21,260 bases of DNA from a bacterium (GTDB lineage: Bacteria; Armatimonadota; Chthonomonadetes; Chthonomonadales; CAJBBX01), in NCBI GenBank assembly GCA_021811565.1, contig JAJZOL010000106.1, positions 1 through 21,260 on the forward strand, in the 5' to 3' direction. The notes beneath the pieces were generated by a model that ran no database searches, was not told the DNA's origin, and saw only the letters and a program-made list of their open reading frames with translations. The translations under genes and the position numbers were made by a program. Positions 1 to 7,973 of the stretch are shown in pieces; the first letter of the stretch is position 1; every line of letters starts with the position of its first letter.

Positions 1-40
1 GCCGATTGTATGCAAAAAAAAGCAAAAAAAGCGCTTCCGG

Positions 41-856
41 TTATAAAGCCCCCAGAAATTTGTGCGTTTGAGGAATGATCCGAACATCCCTCAAAGAGGA
101 TAACGCGACTCGATGAAGCGTACGTAATCGGGAAAGCGATATGGTCTCGCGAATATCCCCGCAAGGAGTTACGGGCTGAAGCACCAAAGGAATGTCTTTC
201 GAGAAACCGTTGATGATAACCGACACTCTTTCAATCTCTTCAAGCGTGGTGTCATCGCTCACCACGGCTTTGAGAAAGACGCGAACCGAAGAGTTCAACG
301 CAAGTTGCAAGAAGCGGGAATGTTCCTCCCATTTGGGAGGCTGATGCGTGGCGGAGGGAAGTTTCACGTCCATGGCGCAGTAGTCTATCAGATGAGCCAA
401 CGACGCAAACCTCTCGAAGAGATCGCCGCTGGTTTCCAGGTAAATATCCAAACCCATCTCCGCAATCTCCGGCAACCAGCCGAGCAGGAATTCCGACTGG
501 AGCAGCGGCTCGCCTCCCGTAATCGCCACGGAATGAAAAGCCTCCCCCGACACCATATCCTTGATAATTTCGATGAGGTCCGAACCGTTCACGGGATTGG
601 GAATCTCACGCACCTCATGGACACACTCGTTTTTTAATATTCGCAACGATTTACCGCGCGTTAGGGAATTCGGAGTGTCGCAGTAGGCGCATCTCAGATG
701 GCATCCCGCGAAGCGAACAAATAGTTGCCGCACACCCACCCAAAGACCCTCCCCTTGAAAACTATCGAATATCTCGGTGAGATAGACGGATGAAATGTTC
801 ACGGAAGGTCTTAACAGTCCATTATCCTGATTGGATTGCGGCATCGAATTCATCAT
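41..856 (-). CDS. queE: 7-carboxy-7-deazaguanine synthase QueE (radical SAM); start codon uncertain (Met13, Met14 or Met17 of the maximal ORF)
   Basis: Translation carries the EIFxSxQGEG motif followed by the CxxxCxYCDT radical-SAM cysteine triad (FAGCHLRCAYCDTPNS). Candidate ATG starts at 856, 853 and 844 sit just after the AAAGGA Shine-Dalgarno embedded in the 3' end of the upstream Rieske gene. The maximal ORF overlaps that gene by 71 nt, so a later start is more likely. Confidence 0.75.
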   Translation of the reverse strand: MMNSMPQSNQDNGLLRPSVNISSVYLTEIFDSFQGEGLWVGVRQLFVRFAGCHLRCAYCDTPNSLTRGKSLRILKNECVHEVREIPNPVNGSDLIEIIKDMVSGEAFHSVAITGGEPLLQSEFLLGWLPEIAEMGLDIYLETSGDLFERFASLAHLIDYCAMDVKLPSATHQPPKWEEHSRFLQLALNSSVRVFLKAVVSDDTTLEEIERVSVIINGFSKDIPLVLQPVTPCGDIRETISLSRLRTLHRVALSSLRDVRIIPQTHKFLGAL

Positions 857-1199
857 CCTTTTTGACAACGCACGTTGCTTCCTGATCGCCATCCGGAATT
901 TCCAGAAAAATCACTCCGTCCATGATTTTGCAAGGATAGGTTTTGGATTTCAGCCTGGGGTTATACACCACCTCACCCGTTACTGCGTTTATATCCCATG
1001 CGTGCCAGGGGCATGTCACGATTCCGTCATTCAACTCGCCTTCGGATATAGGGCCTTGTCGATGAGGGCATTCGTTATCCAATGCGTAAACGGTTTCGCC
1101 TTCCTTGAAAAGAGCGATTTCCAAACCGTCGATCTCCACCATTTTCCCCGTCGATTCGGATAGATCGGTTAGCATCGCCACAGGGGTCCAAATAGACAT
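822..1199 (-). CDS. small Rieske [2Fe-2S] domain protein (NirD-like Rieske ferredoxin)
   Basis: Translation has CPHRQGP...CPWHAWD, the two Rieske cluster-binding boxes (CxH ... CxxH), in a 125-aa protein. A strong SD (AGGAGAGAAGGA) sits 7 nt before the ATG at 1199. The 3' end overlaps the queE start, implying translational coupling. Confidence 0.8.
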   Translation of the reverse strand: MSIWTPVAMLTDLSESTGKMVEIDGLEIALFKEGETVYALDNECPHRQGPISEGELNDGIVTCPWHAWDINAVTGEVVYNPRLKSKTYPCKIMDGVIFLEIPDGDQEATCVVKKDDEFDAAIQSG

Positions 1200-1561
1200 T
1201 AAATGATCCTTCTCTCCTATGTTATCGCGGCGATTCGCCTAAATTCACTTTTATGATGTTTCGCAGAGAGTGTGATGAGTGATATGCGCCTCAATTGCTG
1301 AATTATGCTTTTTCATAACATAGTATACCCCTTGCCGAAGACCGTCGCACCGATTTTTAAGCCTCGCTAACCATCTGCAATCCAATCATGTCAGGATATG
1401 ACAGGAAAACTCATTCCTTCTCCGATACTGTGGCGGCATATGCAATATCCATCTCACAATCCAATGGATTGATGGAAGAATATAGTGGCGCACTTCCAAA
1501 AAAACTTCGGGAATGGATATGAAATCGAGAGTAAAGCGTAATAAGGGTAAGCTGTCGATTT

Positions 1562-1589
1562 TTGAAACCGGTATGATTCCCTGTAATAT
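1562..1589 (+). promoter_or_regulatory. sigma70-like promoter TTGAAA-16 nt-TAATAT driving the non-coding region 1597-2089
   Basis: Hexamers read directly: TTGAAA at 1562-1567 and TAATAT at 1584-1589 with a 16-nt spacer. No CDS follows on this strand for about 600 nt. Confidence 0.4.
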
Positions 1590-1596
1590 TCCTACG

Positions 1597-2056
1597 CCTG
1601 ACTTGGCATAATATTATCAAGCAGTTCCGCCGACCTGGTGGAAGAGGCGATTGACAGGACAAGGAATATCCGGCAAGGTCCTTCCCGTCGAGTTTTCCGT
1701 GAGGTCGTGAAGTGTCCAAGCAAATCGAAGGATTTGTGACAAGTCGTTCCGTGATCGAGTGGTACATCAGATCGCGAGAACGAGGTGATGGCGGTGATGT
1801 CGGGAAAGCGAGAGGTATTGCGCCTCCCGGCCGTTTGGAGAAGGGCGAGGCTTCAGCAGGTGAAGTTCGCTCACGCCCCGGACGAACCCTGTCCGCCGCA
1901 TGCCGCCGCTGCACGCGGTCGGGGCGCCGCCATCAACCTTGAAGCCATCGGAAGCTGGGTTCATACCCCGTTTCCGGTGGCGGAGAGACAGACAACTTCA
2001 GCGCAAGGCCTTATTCCTGATACTTGCTGGAGGCTTTACGTTTGGTACGGACACGC
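1597..2056 (+). ncRNA. candidate structured non-coding RNA of unknown class (about 460-490 nt, GC-rich, no credible ORF)
   Basis: Bracketed by the promoter at 1562-1589 and the terminator at 2057-2089. All three plus frames and the minus frame give only Arg/Pro/Ala-rich ORFs of low complexity. Local GC is clearly above that of the flanks. Numerous nested GC-rich hairpins are visible, for example GGGCG-AGG-CUUCA-GCAGG-UGAAG-UUCGCUCA-CGCCC near 1840-1880, and CCAUCGGAA...UUCCGGUGG near 1945-1980. Confidence 0.35.
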
Positions 2057-2089
2057 GGGGGAGTGATCACGCTCCCCCCTTATTTTCCC
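2057..2089 (+). terminator. rho-independent terminator (9-bp GC-rich stem, tetraloop, T-rich tail)
   Basis: GGGGGAGUG-AUCA-CGCUCCCCC (seven G:C pairs plus U:G and G:C) followed by CTTATTTTCCC. Confidence 0.7.
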
Positions 2090-2095
2090 TTCAGG

Positions 2096-2125
2096 CTTGA
2101 AAAATCCTCGCGGTTCCCACCATAA
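2096..2125 (+). promoter_or_regulatory. sigma70-like promoter TTGAAA-18 nt-CATAAT upstream of aat
   Basis: TTGAAA at 2096-2101 and CATAAT at 2120-2125. It lies immediately after the terminator and about 75 nt before the aat start. Confidence 0.45.
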
Positions 2126-2202
2126 TCTCCATAGGCGATAGCCGGCAATTCCATGTTCCGCTATTCCGAATTCTTTTCAGAGATTGCATGAATTGACATA
2201 AA

Positions 2203-2805
2203 ATGCGACAAAACAGGGTAATTCACATCAGCTTCACACCGGAGGGCATTGAACTCGCCTATCGCTATGGCATCTTTCCCATGGCGAATAGCGTAACCGG
2301 AGACATATACTGGTGCCGTCCCGAACCTCGTGCCATCATTCCATTGGATGGGTTTCATATCTCCCGCAGCCTTGCGAAGGTCATTCGGCAAAACCGTTTC
2401 GAGATAACATTCGATACCGATTTTGAAGGGGTGATGCGATGTTGCGCCGATCGCAAGGAGGGAACATGGATATCGGAGGACTTCATCCAAGTGTACGGTG
2501 AAATGCATCAATTGGGCAAAGCGCACAGCGTGGAGGCGTGGAAAGACGGTAAACTCGTCGGAGGAACATACGGGGTATCCCTCGGGGCGGTGTTCATGGC
2601 GGAAAGCATGTTCCATTACGAAACGAACGCTTCCAAAGTGGCTCTCGCCGCGTTGGTATCCAGATTGAATGAGAGAAGTTACGAACTGCTGGACGTTCAA
2701 TATCTCACATCGCACCTTAAAAGCCTTGGCGCGTTGGAAATCCCTCATCAAAGCTACATGCTTCTGCTCCACGCCGCCCTGAAAAAAGATCGCCAATTTA
2801 ATTAA
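2203..2805 (+). CDS. aat: leucyl/phenylalanyl-tRNA--protein transferase
   Basis: Translation aligns by eye along its whole length with E. coli Aat: YRYGIFPM / YQRGIFPW; RKEGTWISEDF / REEGTWITRGV; GKAHSVEAWKDGKLVGGTYGVSLGAVFMAESMF / [41 protein letters not shown] / ENASKTAL. Confidence 0.85.
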   Translation: MRQNRVIHISFTPEGIELAYRYGIFPMANSVTGDIYWCRPEPRAIIPLDGFHISRSLAKVIRQNRFEITFDTDFEGVMRCCADRKEGTWISEDFIQVYGEMHQLGKAHSVEAWKDGKLVGGTYGVSLGAVFMAESMFHYETNASKVALAALVSRLNERSYELLDVQYLTSHLKSLGALEIPHQSYMLLLHAALKKDRQFN

Positions 2806-3610
2806 ATGGCGTGAAAAATCTCCGTCTGCCTTGATATCGCACCGATCCCTCGTAACCCGCCTTCCTTGCAAGATCAAAGGCTCGGGAGTACTCCCAGGCG
2901 ATCCTGGTCGTAACATGAGCATCCGAACTAATCAGGATCGGTATGTTCCTCACCTTGCACTCACGCAAGAGTGACAACGACGGATACGCCTCTCCCACAG
3001 GCTTGCTCCAACCTGCAGTATTGATCTCAACCGTCATCCCCGCCGCCGCCAAGGCGTCGAGCGCCGATTGAATCTCCTGATCCATCGGCACGGTGGCGCG
3101 ATATCCGAATTTTTTGGGCAGGTCCAAGTGACCGCAGATGTCGAAACATCCGCACTCCGCCATATGTTTCACCAGCGTCCAATACTCCCGCCACACTTCA
3201 TTGCGCGAATCCTCGTCCAACTCCTCCCATAGCCTCGGGGACTCATCCAGCGGAAACTCACCTGCAAAATGAACCGATCCAATGACGTAGTCGAAGGGAT
3301 ATCTGCTTATCCGTTCCGAGAGTGAATCCGAGGTTTGCGGAAAAAAATCCGCCTCCAATCCAAGGCGAACGGGAATGCGATATTCCCCTTCGAGAGATTT
3401 GATTTCTTTCACATAATCCTCAAGTCTATCGGGATCCATGCTCCAGGGAATGTACTCGGAAGGATGCAGCGTGTAGTGGTCAGAAACGCCCACTTCAAGC
3501 AATCCCGCCTCCTGAGCGGCTTGAACCATCATAAGAGGCATATCCGCGCCATCGCTCCACTGGGTGTGAACATGATAGGAAACCACATTTCCGATGCTGA
3601 CTTTCTTCAA
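2798..3610 (-). CDS. histidinol-phosphatase, PHP family (HisJ/HisK type)
   Basis: N-terminal SYHVHTQWSDG (the PHP-domain metal-binding HxH...D motif) and later PHP histidines (GSVHFAGE, CGHLDLP, SSDAHV). Start taken as the in-frame TTG at 3610, preceded by AAGGAG with an 8-nt spacing. The maximal ORF begins at another TTG at 3637. The 3' end overlaps aat by 8 nt, and the genes are convergent. Confidence 0.7.
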   Translation of the reverse strand: MKKVSIGNVVSYHVHTQWSDGADMPLMMVQAAQEAGLLEVGVSDHYTLHPSEYIPWSMDPDRLEDYVKEIKSLEGEYRIPVRLGLEADFFPQTSDSLSERISRYPFDYVIGSVHFAGEFPLDESPRLWEELDEDSRNEVWREYWTLVKHMAECGCFDICGHLDLPKKFGYRATVPMDQEIQSALDALAAAGMTVEINTAGWSKPVGEAYPSLSLLRECKVRNIPILISSDAHVTTRIAWEYSRAFDLARKAGYEGSVRYQGRRRFFTPFN

Positions 3611-3639
3611 ACACCTAACTCCTTGTAATAAGAACAAGC

Positions 3640-3660
3640 CGTCCGAAATCGGACGGCTAA
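3640..3660 (-). terminator. perfect 9-bp hairpin GCCGTCCGA-AA-TCGGACGGC; on the minus strand it is followed by a T-rich stretch
   Basis: Palindrome read directly. Reading the minus strand, the hairpin is followed by TTGTTCTTATTA. It lies 25 nt downstream of the small zinc-ribbon gene stop. Confidence 0.5.
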
Positions 3661-3684
3661 AAATGAAACGTGGATAATGGAGAG

Positions 3685-3822
3685 CTACTTGCCGATCTTA
3701 TACATCTTGGTTCCGCAGGTGGCGCATGTACCTGTGGTTGCGGGCTTGCCGTTCTTCATTGTGACGGCGGTCGGGTTCTTCATCTCTTTCTTGGCTTTGC
3801 ATTTAACGCAATAGGCTTCCAC
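3685..3822 (-). CDS. small zinc-ribbon protein, 45 aa (DUF5679-like), not in the ORF track because it is under 60 aa
   Basis: Minus-strand translation V/M-EAYCVKCKAKKEMKNPTAVTMKNGKPATTGTCATCGTKMYKIGK-stop has two CxxC pairs (CVKC ... CATC) in a lysine-rich 45-aa frame. The GTG start at 3822 is preceded by AGGGGGGTGAGA, and an alternative GTG lies at 3831. The terminator hairpin at 3640-3660 follows. Confidence 0.6.
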   Translation of the reverse strand: MEAYCVKCKAKKEMKNPTAVTMKNGKPATTGTCATCGTKMYKIGK

Positions 3823-4057
3823 TGATCTCACCCCCCTAAATAAGATTGGTTTTCATACGACGAAAAAGAGGTATTTCCTTCCCGATCTGATCGTTGAGGG
3901 ACAAAAATATCCCTTTGATCTCAATCAGGAGCCTGATCCGCCTTGCATCGCATCAGGATTTCATTGTACCCCTATTTACGCCGAAATGAATTTCCTCGTT
4001 CCCCTCGATCACGCCCAATTGAAATACGAACGAAGGCTCCAATGACAGGTAGAATCT

Positions 4058-5719
4058 ATGCCAGGTTCGAACTTCAAAGAGGCACTATTGAAAAAAATAC
4101 TACCCGATTACTGGCAACTTCTAATCGCAATTTTTATTTTCTTTGCGTTAATGGCTGGAATCGTCGTTTTTTCACTGAAAATCACGAACGGGCATTTCGT
4201 TTACACGCAGGATGACCCGTACATATCGATGGCGACTGCGAGAAACTGGGTGCGATACGGCGTGTGGGGGGTGGATCGTTATCGCTTCAGTTCCTCCACT
4301 TCATCATTGCTCTGGCCTCTGTTGTTGGCGATCTGTTATAAGCTCGTCGGAGTGCACGCCACCATTCCGTTGGCGTTGAATCTTTTGTTGGTGTGCGCAG
4401 TGTTTATCGTGGCGAATAGACTCTTAAAAAAACGCTCCCTTTCCTCCGCTTGGATAGCCGTCACGCTTTTCGCCATGATCCTCATGGTTCCCTTGCCCCT
4501 GCTTGTGACCTCGGGGCTTGAGCATGCACTCCATTCCCTCTCTATCCTGCTCCTCCTCTTCTACGGAACGGAAACGATATGCCGGAAGGGAAGGTTGAGT
4601 TCGCATGATACGCTCATGCTCGGATTGTTATCCATGTTTGCAGTCATGAGCAGATATGAGAGCGTCGCCCTCATCGCAGTCATTATTCTCGCTTTGGCAC
4701 TCCGAAAAAGATTGCTCGCCGGCCTTTTCACCGCCTTCGCCGCTTCGATTCCTATCATTGCATGGGGTTTGATCTCAATCCATTACGGAGCCTATTTCCT
4801 CCCAAATTCAATTCTGTTAAAAAGCAGAGTTCCCGCGGTCAGCGCGGTGAACCCGATGGGGATTTTCCTAACCACCAGCGTTGAAACCGTGATGGCACAT
4901 CCATTCCTACCTATATTATCTCTGTTCCCCCTCCTCTACCTTCTTTTTTCACGGATGCAAGGCGACATTGAACCATCCCTGCAAACATTGAATCTCCTCT
5001 TTTTCCTGATGGATTGGGCTCAAATTCTCTTTGGCAAATTAGATTCTTTTTACAGATATGACGGCTACGTGATCATATCCGGAGTGATGGTAATCGCCAT
5101 AGACATGGATCGAATTTTACGAGGTCAAGTTACAGGGTTCGGGTTTCGATGCAAACTCGGTGTCGCAGGCAATGCGATTATGATCCTCACGGGGATCGGC
5201 ATCGTCTCAATGGGGTTCCAAAGAGGCGTAAACGCCTTGGAGGCTCTTCCACGAGCGTCCGCGAACATCTACGAACAGCAATATCAAATGGGGCTTTTTG
5301 TTCGACAATTCTACACCGGAGAGACCGTGGCGGCGAACGACATTGGATGCATCAACTATTTGGCGGATATTCATTGCCTCGATATTTGGGGGTTAGCCAA
5401 TATGAACGCCGCAAAGCTTCGCATTCAAGGTGATGTGAACCCGCAAACGATCGGAGACCTTGTAAAAAGGAAGGGAGCCAGGATAGTGATGATCTATGAC
5501 ACATGGTTTCCGAACGCAATTCCAAGTCAATGGACTCGAGAAGGGCGCTGGGTTATCCCATTCAATATCGTGGACGGGGACAACACAGTCACATTCTACG
5601 CACCATCTCCTAATGACCGAGACAAACTCCTGCGCTCTCTCCGCGGATATTCCTCGCATTTGCCGGAAGAGGTTCTTCAATGCGGAGCGTATACTCTGGG
5701 ACAAACCCGAATTCGTTGA
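4058..5719 (+). CDS. polytopic membrane protein, probable GT-C-type (ArnT/PMT-like) glycosyltransferase with a C-terminal soluble domain
   Basis: 553 aa with about 12 hydrophobic segments. The first loop carries YTQDDPYISMATARNWVRYGVWGV, reminiscent of the DD/DE-x-Y motif of GT-C transferases (GT39/GT83). The roughly 150-aa C-terminal region is hydrophilic. The family call is tentative. Confidence 0.5.
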   Translation: MPGSNFKEALLKKILPDYWQLLIAIFIFFALMAGIVVFSLKITNGHFVYTQDDPYISMATARNWVRYGVWGVDRYRFSSSTSSLLWPLLLAICYKLVGVHATIPLALNLLLVCAVFIVANRLLKKRSLSSAWIAVTLFAMILMVPLPLLVTSGLEHALHSLSILLLLFYGTETICRKGRLSSHDTLMLGLLSMFAVMSRYESVALIAVIILALALRKRLLAGLFTAFAASIPIIAWGLISIHYGAYFLPNSILLKSRVPAVSAVNPMGIFLTTSVETVMAHPFLPILSLFPLLYLLFSRMQGDIEPSLQTLNLLFFLMDWAQILFGKLDSFYRYDGYVIISGVMVIAIDMDRILRGQVTGFGFRCKLGVAGNAIMILTGIGIVSMGFQRGVNALEALPRASANIYEQQYQMGLFVRQFYTGETVAANDIGCINYLADIHCLDIWGLANMNAAKLRIQGDVNPQTIGDLVKRKGARIVMIYDTWFPNAIPSQWTREGRWVIPFNIVDGDNTVTFYAPSPNDRDKLLRSLRGYSSHLPEEVLQCGAYTLGQTRIR

Positions 5720-5828
5720 CCTTATTGCCGACAAGCGCATGGGTTTCAGGGTATAAATTTGGTGATCATTCCATGCATGGGTTACACTTATTTTCAAGAG
5801 GCGTTGTTCAGGGAGATTTGAAAGAGGC

Positions 5829-6284
5829 ATGCAGATACGAAAAGCCGTCACCACGGACGTACCGGCAATCCAGCAACTCATTAACGGCTACGCGGACAAA
5901 GGCGCGATGCTTCACCGCAGCCTAAGCGAACTGTATGAGAACATCAGGGATTTTTGGGTTGTTACCCTCGATGACGAGATTGCGGGTTGCGCCGCATTGC
6001 ATATCAGTTGGAAAGACCTTGCGGAGCTGAAGTCCTTGGCGGTTCGAGAGGATTGCCAAGGGAGAGGTTACGCCCGCTCGTTGATTGACGCCTGTCTGAG
6101 AGAGGCGATGAGTTTATCCGTGGGAAAGGTCTTTGCATTGACATATGTGCCTGAGCTCTTTGAAAAGTTGGGGTTTCAGCGCACGGATAAAGCGTTGTTG
6201 CCGCGAAAAGTGTGGACCGAATGCGTCTATTGCCCCAAGTTTCCCGATTGCGGAGAGATCGCCGTTATTTTCCAGCAAATCTAA
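5829..6284 (+). CDS. GNAT family N-acetyltransferase (short ArgA-like amino-acid N-acetyltransferase type)
   Basis: 151 aa. The GNAT acetyl-CoA motif region reads RxxGxG/A-like: QGRGYARSLIDACL. The C-terminal KVWTECVYCPKFPDC tail, with three Cys, is characteristic of short NAGS-like GNATs. Confidence 0.65.
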   Translation: MQIRKAVTTDVPAIQQLINGYADKGAMLHRSLSELYENIRDFWVVTLDDEIAGCAALHISWKDLAELKSLAVREDCQGRGYARSLIDACLREAMSLSVGKVFALTYVPELFEKLGFQRTDKALLPRKVWTECVYCPKFPDCGEIAVIFQQI

Positions 6285-6362
6285 AATTTCCGCCTGAACA
6301 GACCGATCGAACAAATCGGACGGATCAGCCTGAGCAGAAGAAAAAACTGAAAAGGATGCACA

Positions 6363-7907
6363 ATGACTCGATCCATTTTGGTTGTCATATTACTTCTCTG
6401 TGTCCCCTTAACTTGTCGGAGCCTCACCTATTATGTCAATTCGAATCAAGGAGACGATAGCCATTCCGGTCTCTCCCCCGCTGAGGCATGGAAAACCCTC
6501 GACAAGGTGAACCAAATAATATTCAAACCGGGCGACCGCATACTTTTCAGAGCCGGCACGAAATACGCAGGTCGATTGAAGCCTCAGGGGTCTGGCACGG
6601 CGCACAATCCCATACGCATCGATAAATACGGGAAGGGCGCTTTGCCGCGCATCGACGGGGAGGGCAAATACGAAGCCACACTGGAGCTTTACAACGACGA
6701 GGGCTGGGAGGTGAGCGATTTAGAGATCACCAATCTCGGTCCCACGCAGCAGGCTGGCAGAAAAGGGGTGTATCTGAATCTACATGACTATGGCGTGGCG
6801 CATCACCTTGTGTTGAAAAACCTCTATGTTCATGATGTTAATGGAAGCGACTTAAAGAAATCGGGCGCAGGATACGGAATATTTTGGGATGTCAAGGGCA
6901 ACGTTAAAAAAAGCCGATATGATGGACTTTTGATCGAAGGTTGCCATCTCGTCAAGTGCGATCGAAACGGAATATGCGGAGCGGGCTATTGGTCTCGCCA
7001 AGATTGGTTCCCATGCCTGCATGTTGTCATTAGAAACAACTTGCTGGAGGATATCGGCGGAGATGGCATAGTGCCTGTGGCTTGCGATGGCTGTATCGTC
7101 GAGCATAATGTATTGCGCGGTTGCGGCAAGCGCTTTCCACCCGGTGACGCTGCCGCGGGAATATGGCCATGGAGTTGCGACAACACGATTGTACAGTACA
7201 ATGAAGTCAGCGGACAGAGTGGATATTGGGATAGCCAGGGATTTGATTCCGACTGGAATTGCCGTAACACAATCATCCAATATAATTACAGCCACGACAA
7301 CGAAGGCGGTTTCCTACTCATTTGCGATGATGGAAGCTCAAAAATGCCATGGAGCGTTGGCAACATTGGAACGATCGTGCGATACAATATCAGCATCAAC
7401 GATGGCTACAGAATGAAGGGCTACGCCGCCGGATTCTCACCCACGTTCAACATTTCCGGTCCGGTGGAGGACACCCATATTTACAACAACACAATCATCA
7501 TGGGGAAGAAAGCCAACCCTAAAATGGACACCACTTTGGTGAACATGGGCAATTGGAACGGCTGGGCTAGCGACACTTATTTTTCCAATAACATCTTTTA
7601 CGCTGCGGATAGCATGAAATACAAGTTCGGGAACGCGAAAAACACGGTTTTCGATCACAATCTCTATGCAGGCGGACAAGTGAACATGCCGATGGACGAA
7701 CACGCCATCCGCCAAAATCCGGGGCTTGTCCGCATCCCGCTTAAAGCCCCCGATTGGAAAAAGTTGTCGGAACTCGCGCCGGGAAAAGGATCTCCCTGCA
7801 TCGAAGCCGGCGTGGTTATCCCGGACAATGGAGGCAAGGATTTCATAGGCGACACGGTTCCGATAAACACCCCTCCCGCAATCGGCGCATTGGAACCAAA
7901 ACACTGA
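6363..7907 (+). CDS. secreted right-handed parallel beta-helix repeat protein (pectate-lyase-fold; possible polysaccharide lyase/hydrolase)
   Basis: N-terminal signal peptide (MTRSILVVILLLCVPLTCRS), then the canonical beta-helix protein opening YYVNSNQGDDSHSGLSPAEAWKTLDKVN...FKPGDRILFRAGTKY. The remainder is rich in Asn/Gly/Asp/Trp and periodic, as in beta-helix repeats. Confidence 0.65.
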   Translation: MTRSILVVILLLCVPLTCRSLTYYVNSNQGDDSHSGLSPAEAWKTLDKVNQIIFKPGDRILFRAGTKYAGRLKPQGSGTAHNPIRIDKYGKGALPRIDGEGKYEATLELYNDEGWEVSDLEITNLGPTQQAGRKGVYLNLHDYGVAHHLVLKNLYVHDVNGSDLKKSGAGYGIFWDVKGNVKKSRYDGLLIEGCHLVKCDRNGICGAGYWSRQDWFPCLHVVIRNNLLEDIGGDGIVPVACDGCIVEHNVLRGCGKRFPPGDAAAGIWPWSCDNTIVQYNEVSGQSGYWDSQGFDSDWNCRNTIIQYNYSHDNEGGFLLICDDGSSKMPWSVGNIGTIVRYNISINDGYRMKGYAAGFSPTFNISGPVEDTHIYNNTIIMGKKANPKMDTTLVNMGNWNGWASDTYFSNNIFYAADSMKYKFGNAKNTVFDHNLYAGGQVNMPMDEHAIRQNPGLVRIPLKAPDWKKLSELAPGKGSPCIEAGVVIPDNGGKDFIGDTVPINTPPAIGALEPKH

Positions 7908-7973
7908 AACGGTATCGGGAGCGGTTCGTAATACATATGATTCAACACTACAATAGAAACGAAGGAGATTATC

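Noticed and set aside
1250-1320. Possible 21-codon upstream ORF (MKKHNSAIEAHITHHTLCETS) on the minus strand ahead of the Rieske gene
   Set aside because: Weak RBS, no recognisable leader-peptide logic, and the coordinates could not be made consistent by hand. Insufficient support.
1597-2089. Identity of the ncRNA candidate as RNase P RNA, tmRNA, SRP RNA or a cobalamin riboswitch
   Set aside because: By-eye search for the invariant blocks of each class (P4 strands and GGUAAGAGCGCACC for RNase P; UUCGACGGG 5' end, T-arm and ACCA 3' end for tmRNA; GGUCCGGAAGG for SRP; the B12 box) found only partial, non-colinear resemblances. The class is left open pending a covariance-model search.
1411-2100. 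Track ORFs 1411-1914 (-), 1712-1942 (+), 1785-2066 (+) and 1900-2100 (+) as protein-coding genes
   Set aside because: All are Arg/Pro/Ala-rich, low-complexity translations with no SD-start pairing. Long ORFs overlap in every frame, typical of GC-rich non-coding DNA. The interval is better explained as a structured RNA (see findings).
2193-2199. TTGACA hexamer just upstream of the aat ATG as the -35 element
   Set aside because: It lies only about 4 nt from the start codon, too close to be a -35 for this gene. The TTGAAA-18-CATAAT at 2096-2125 is the better promoter.
2161-2922. 253-aa ORF on the minus strand
   Set aside because: Entirely antisense to the well-supported aat gene. Shadow ORF.
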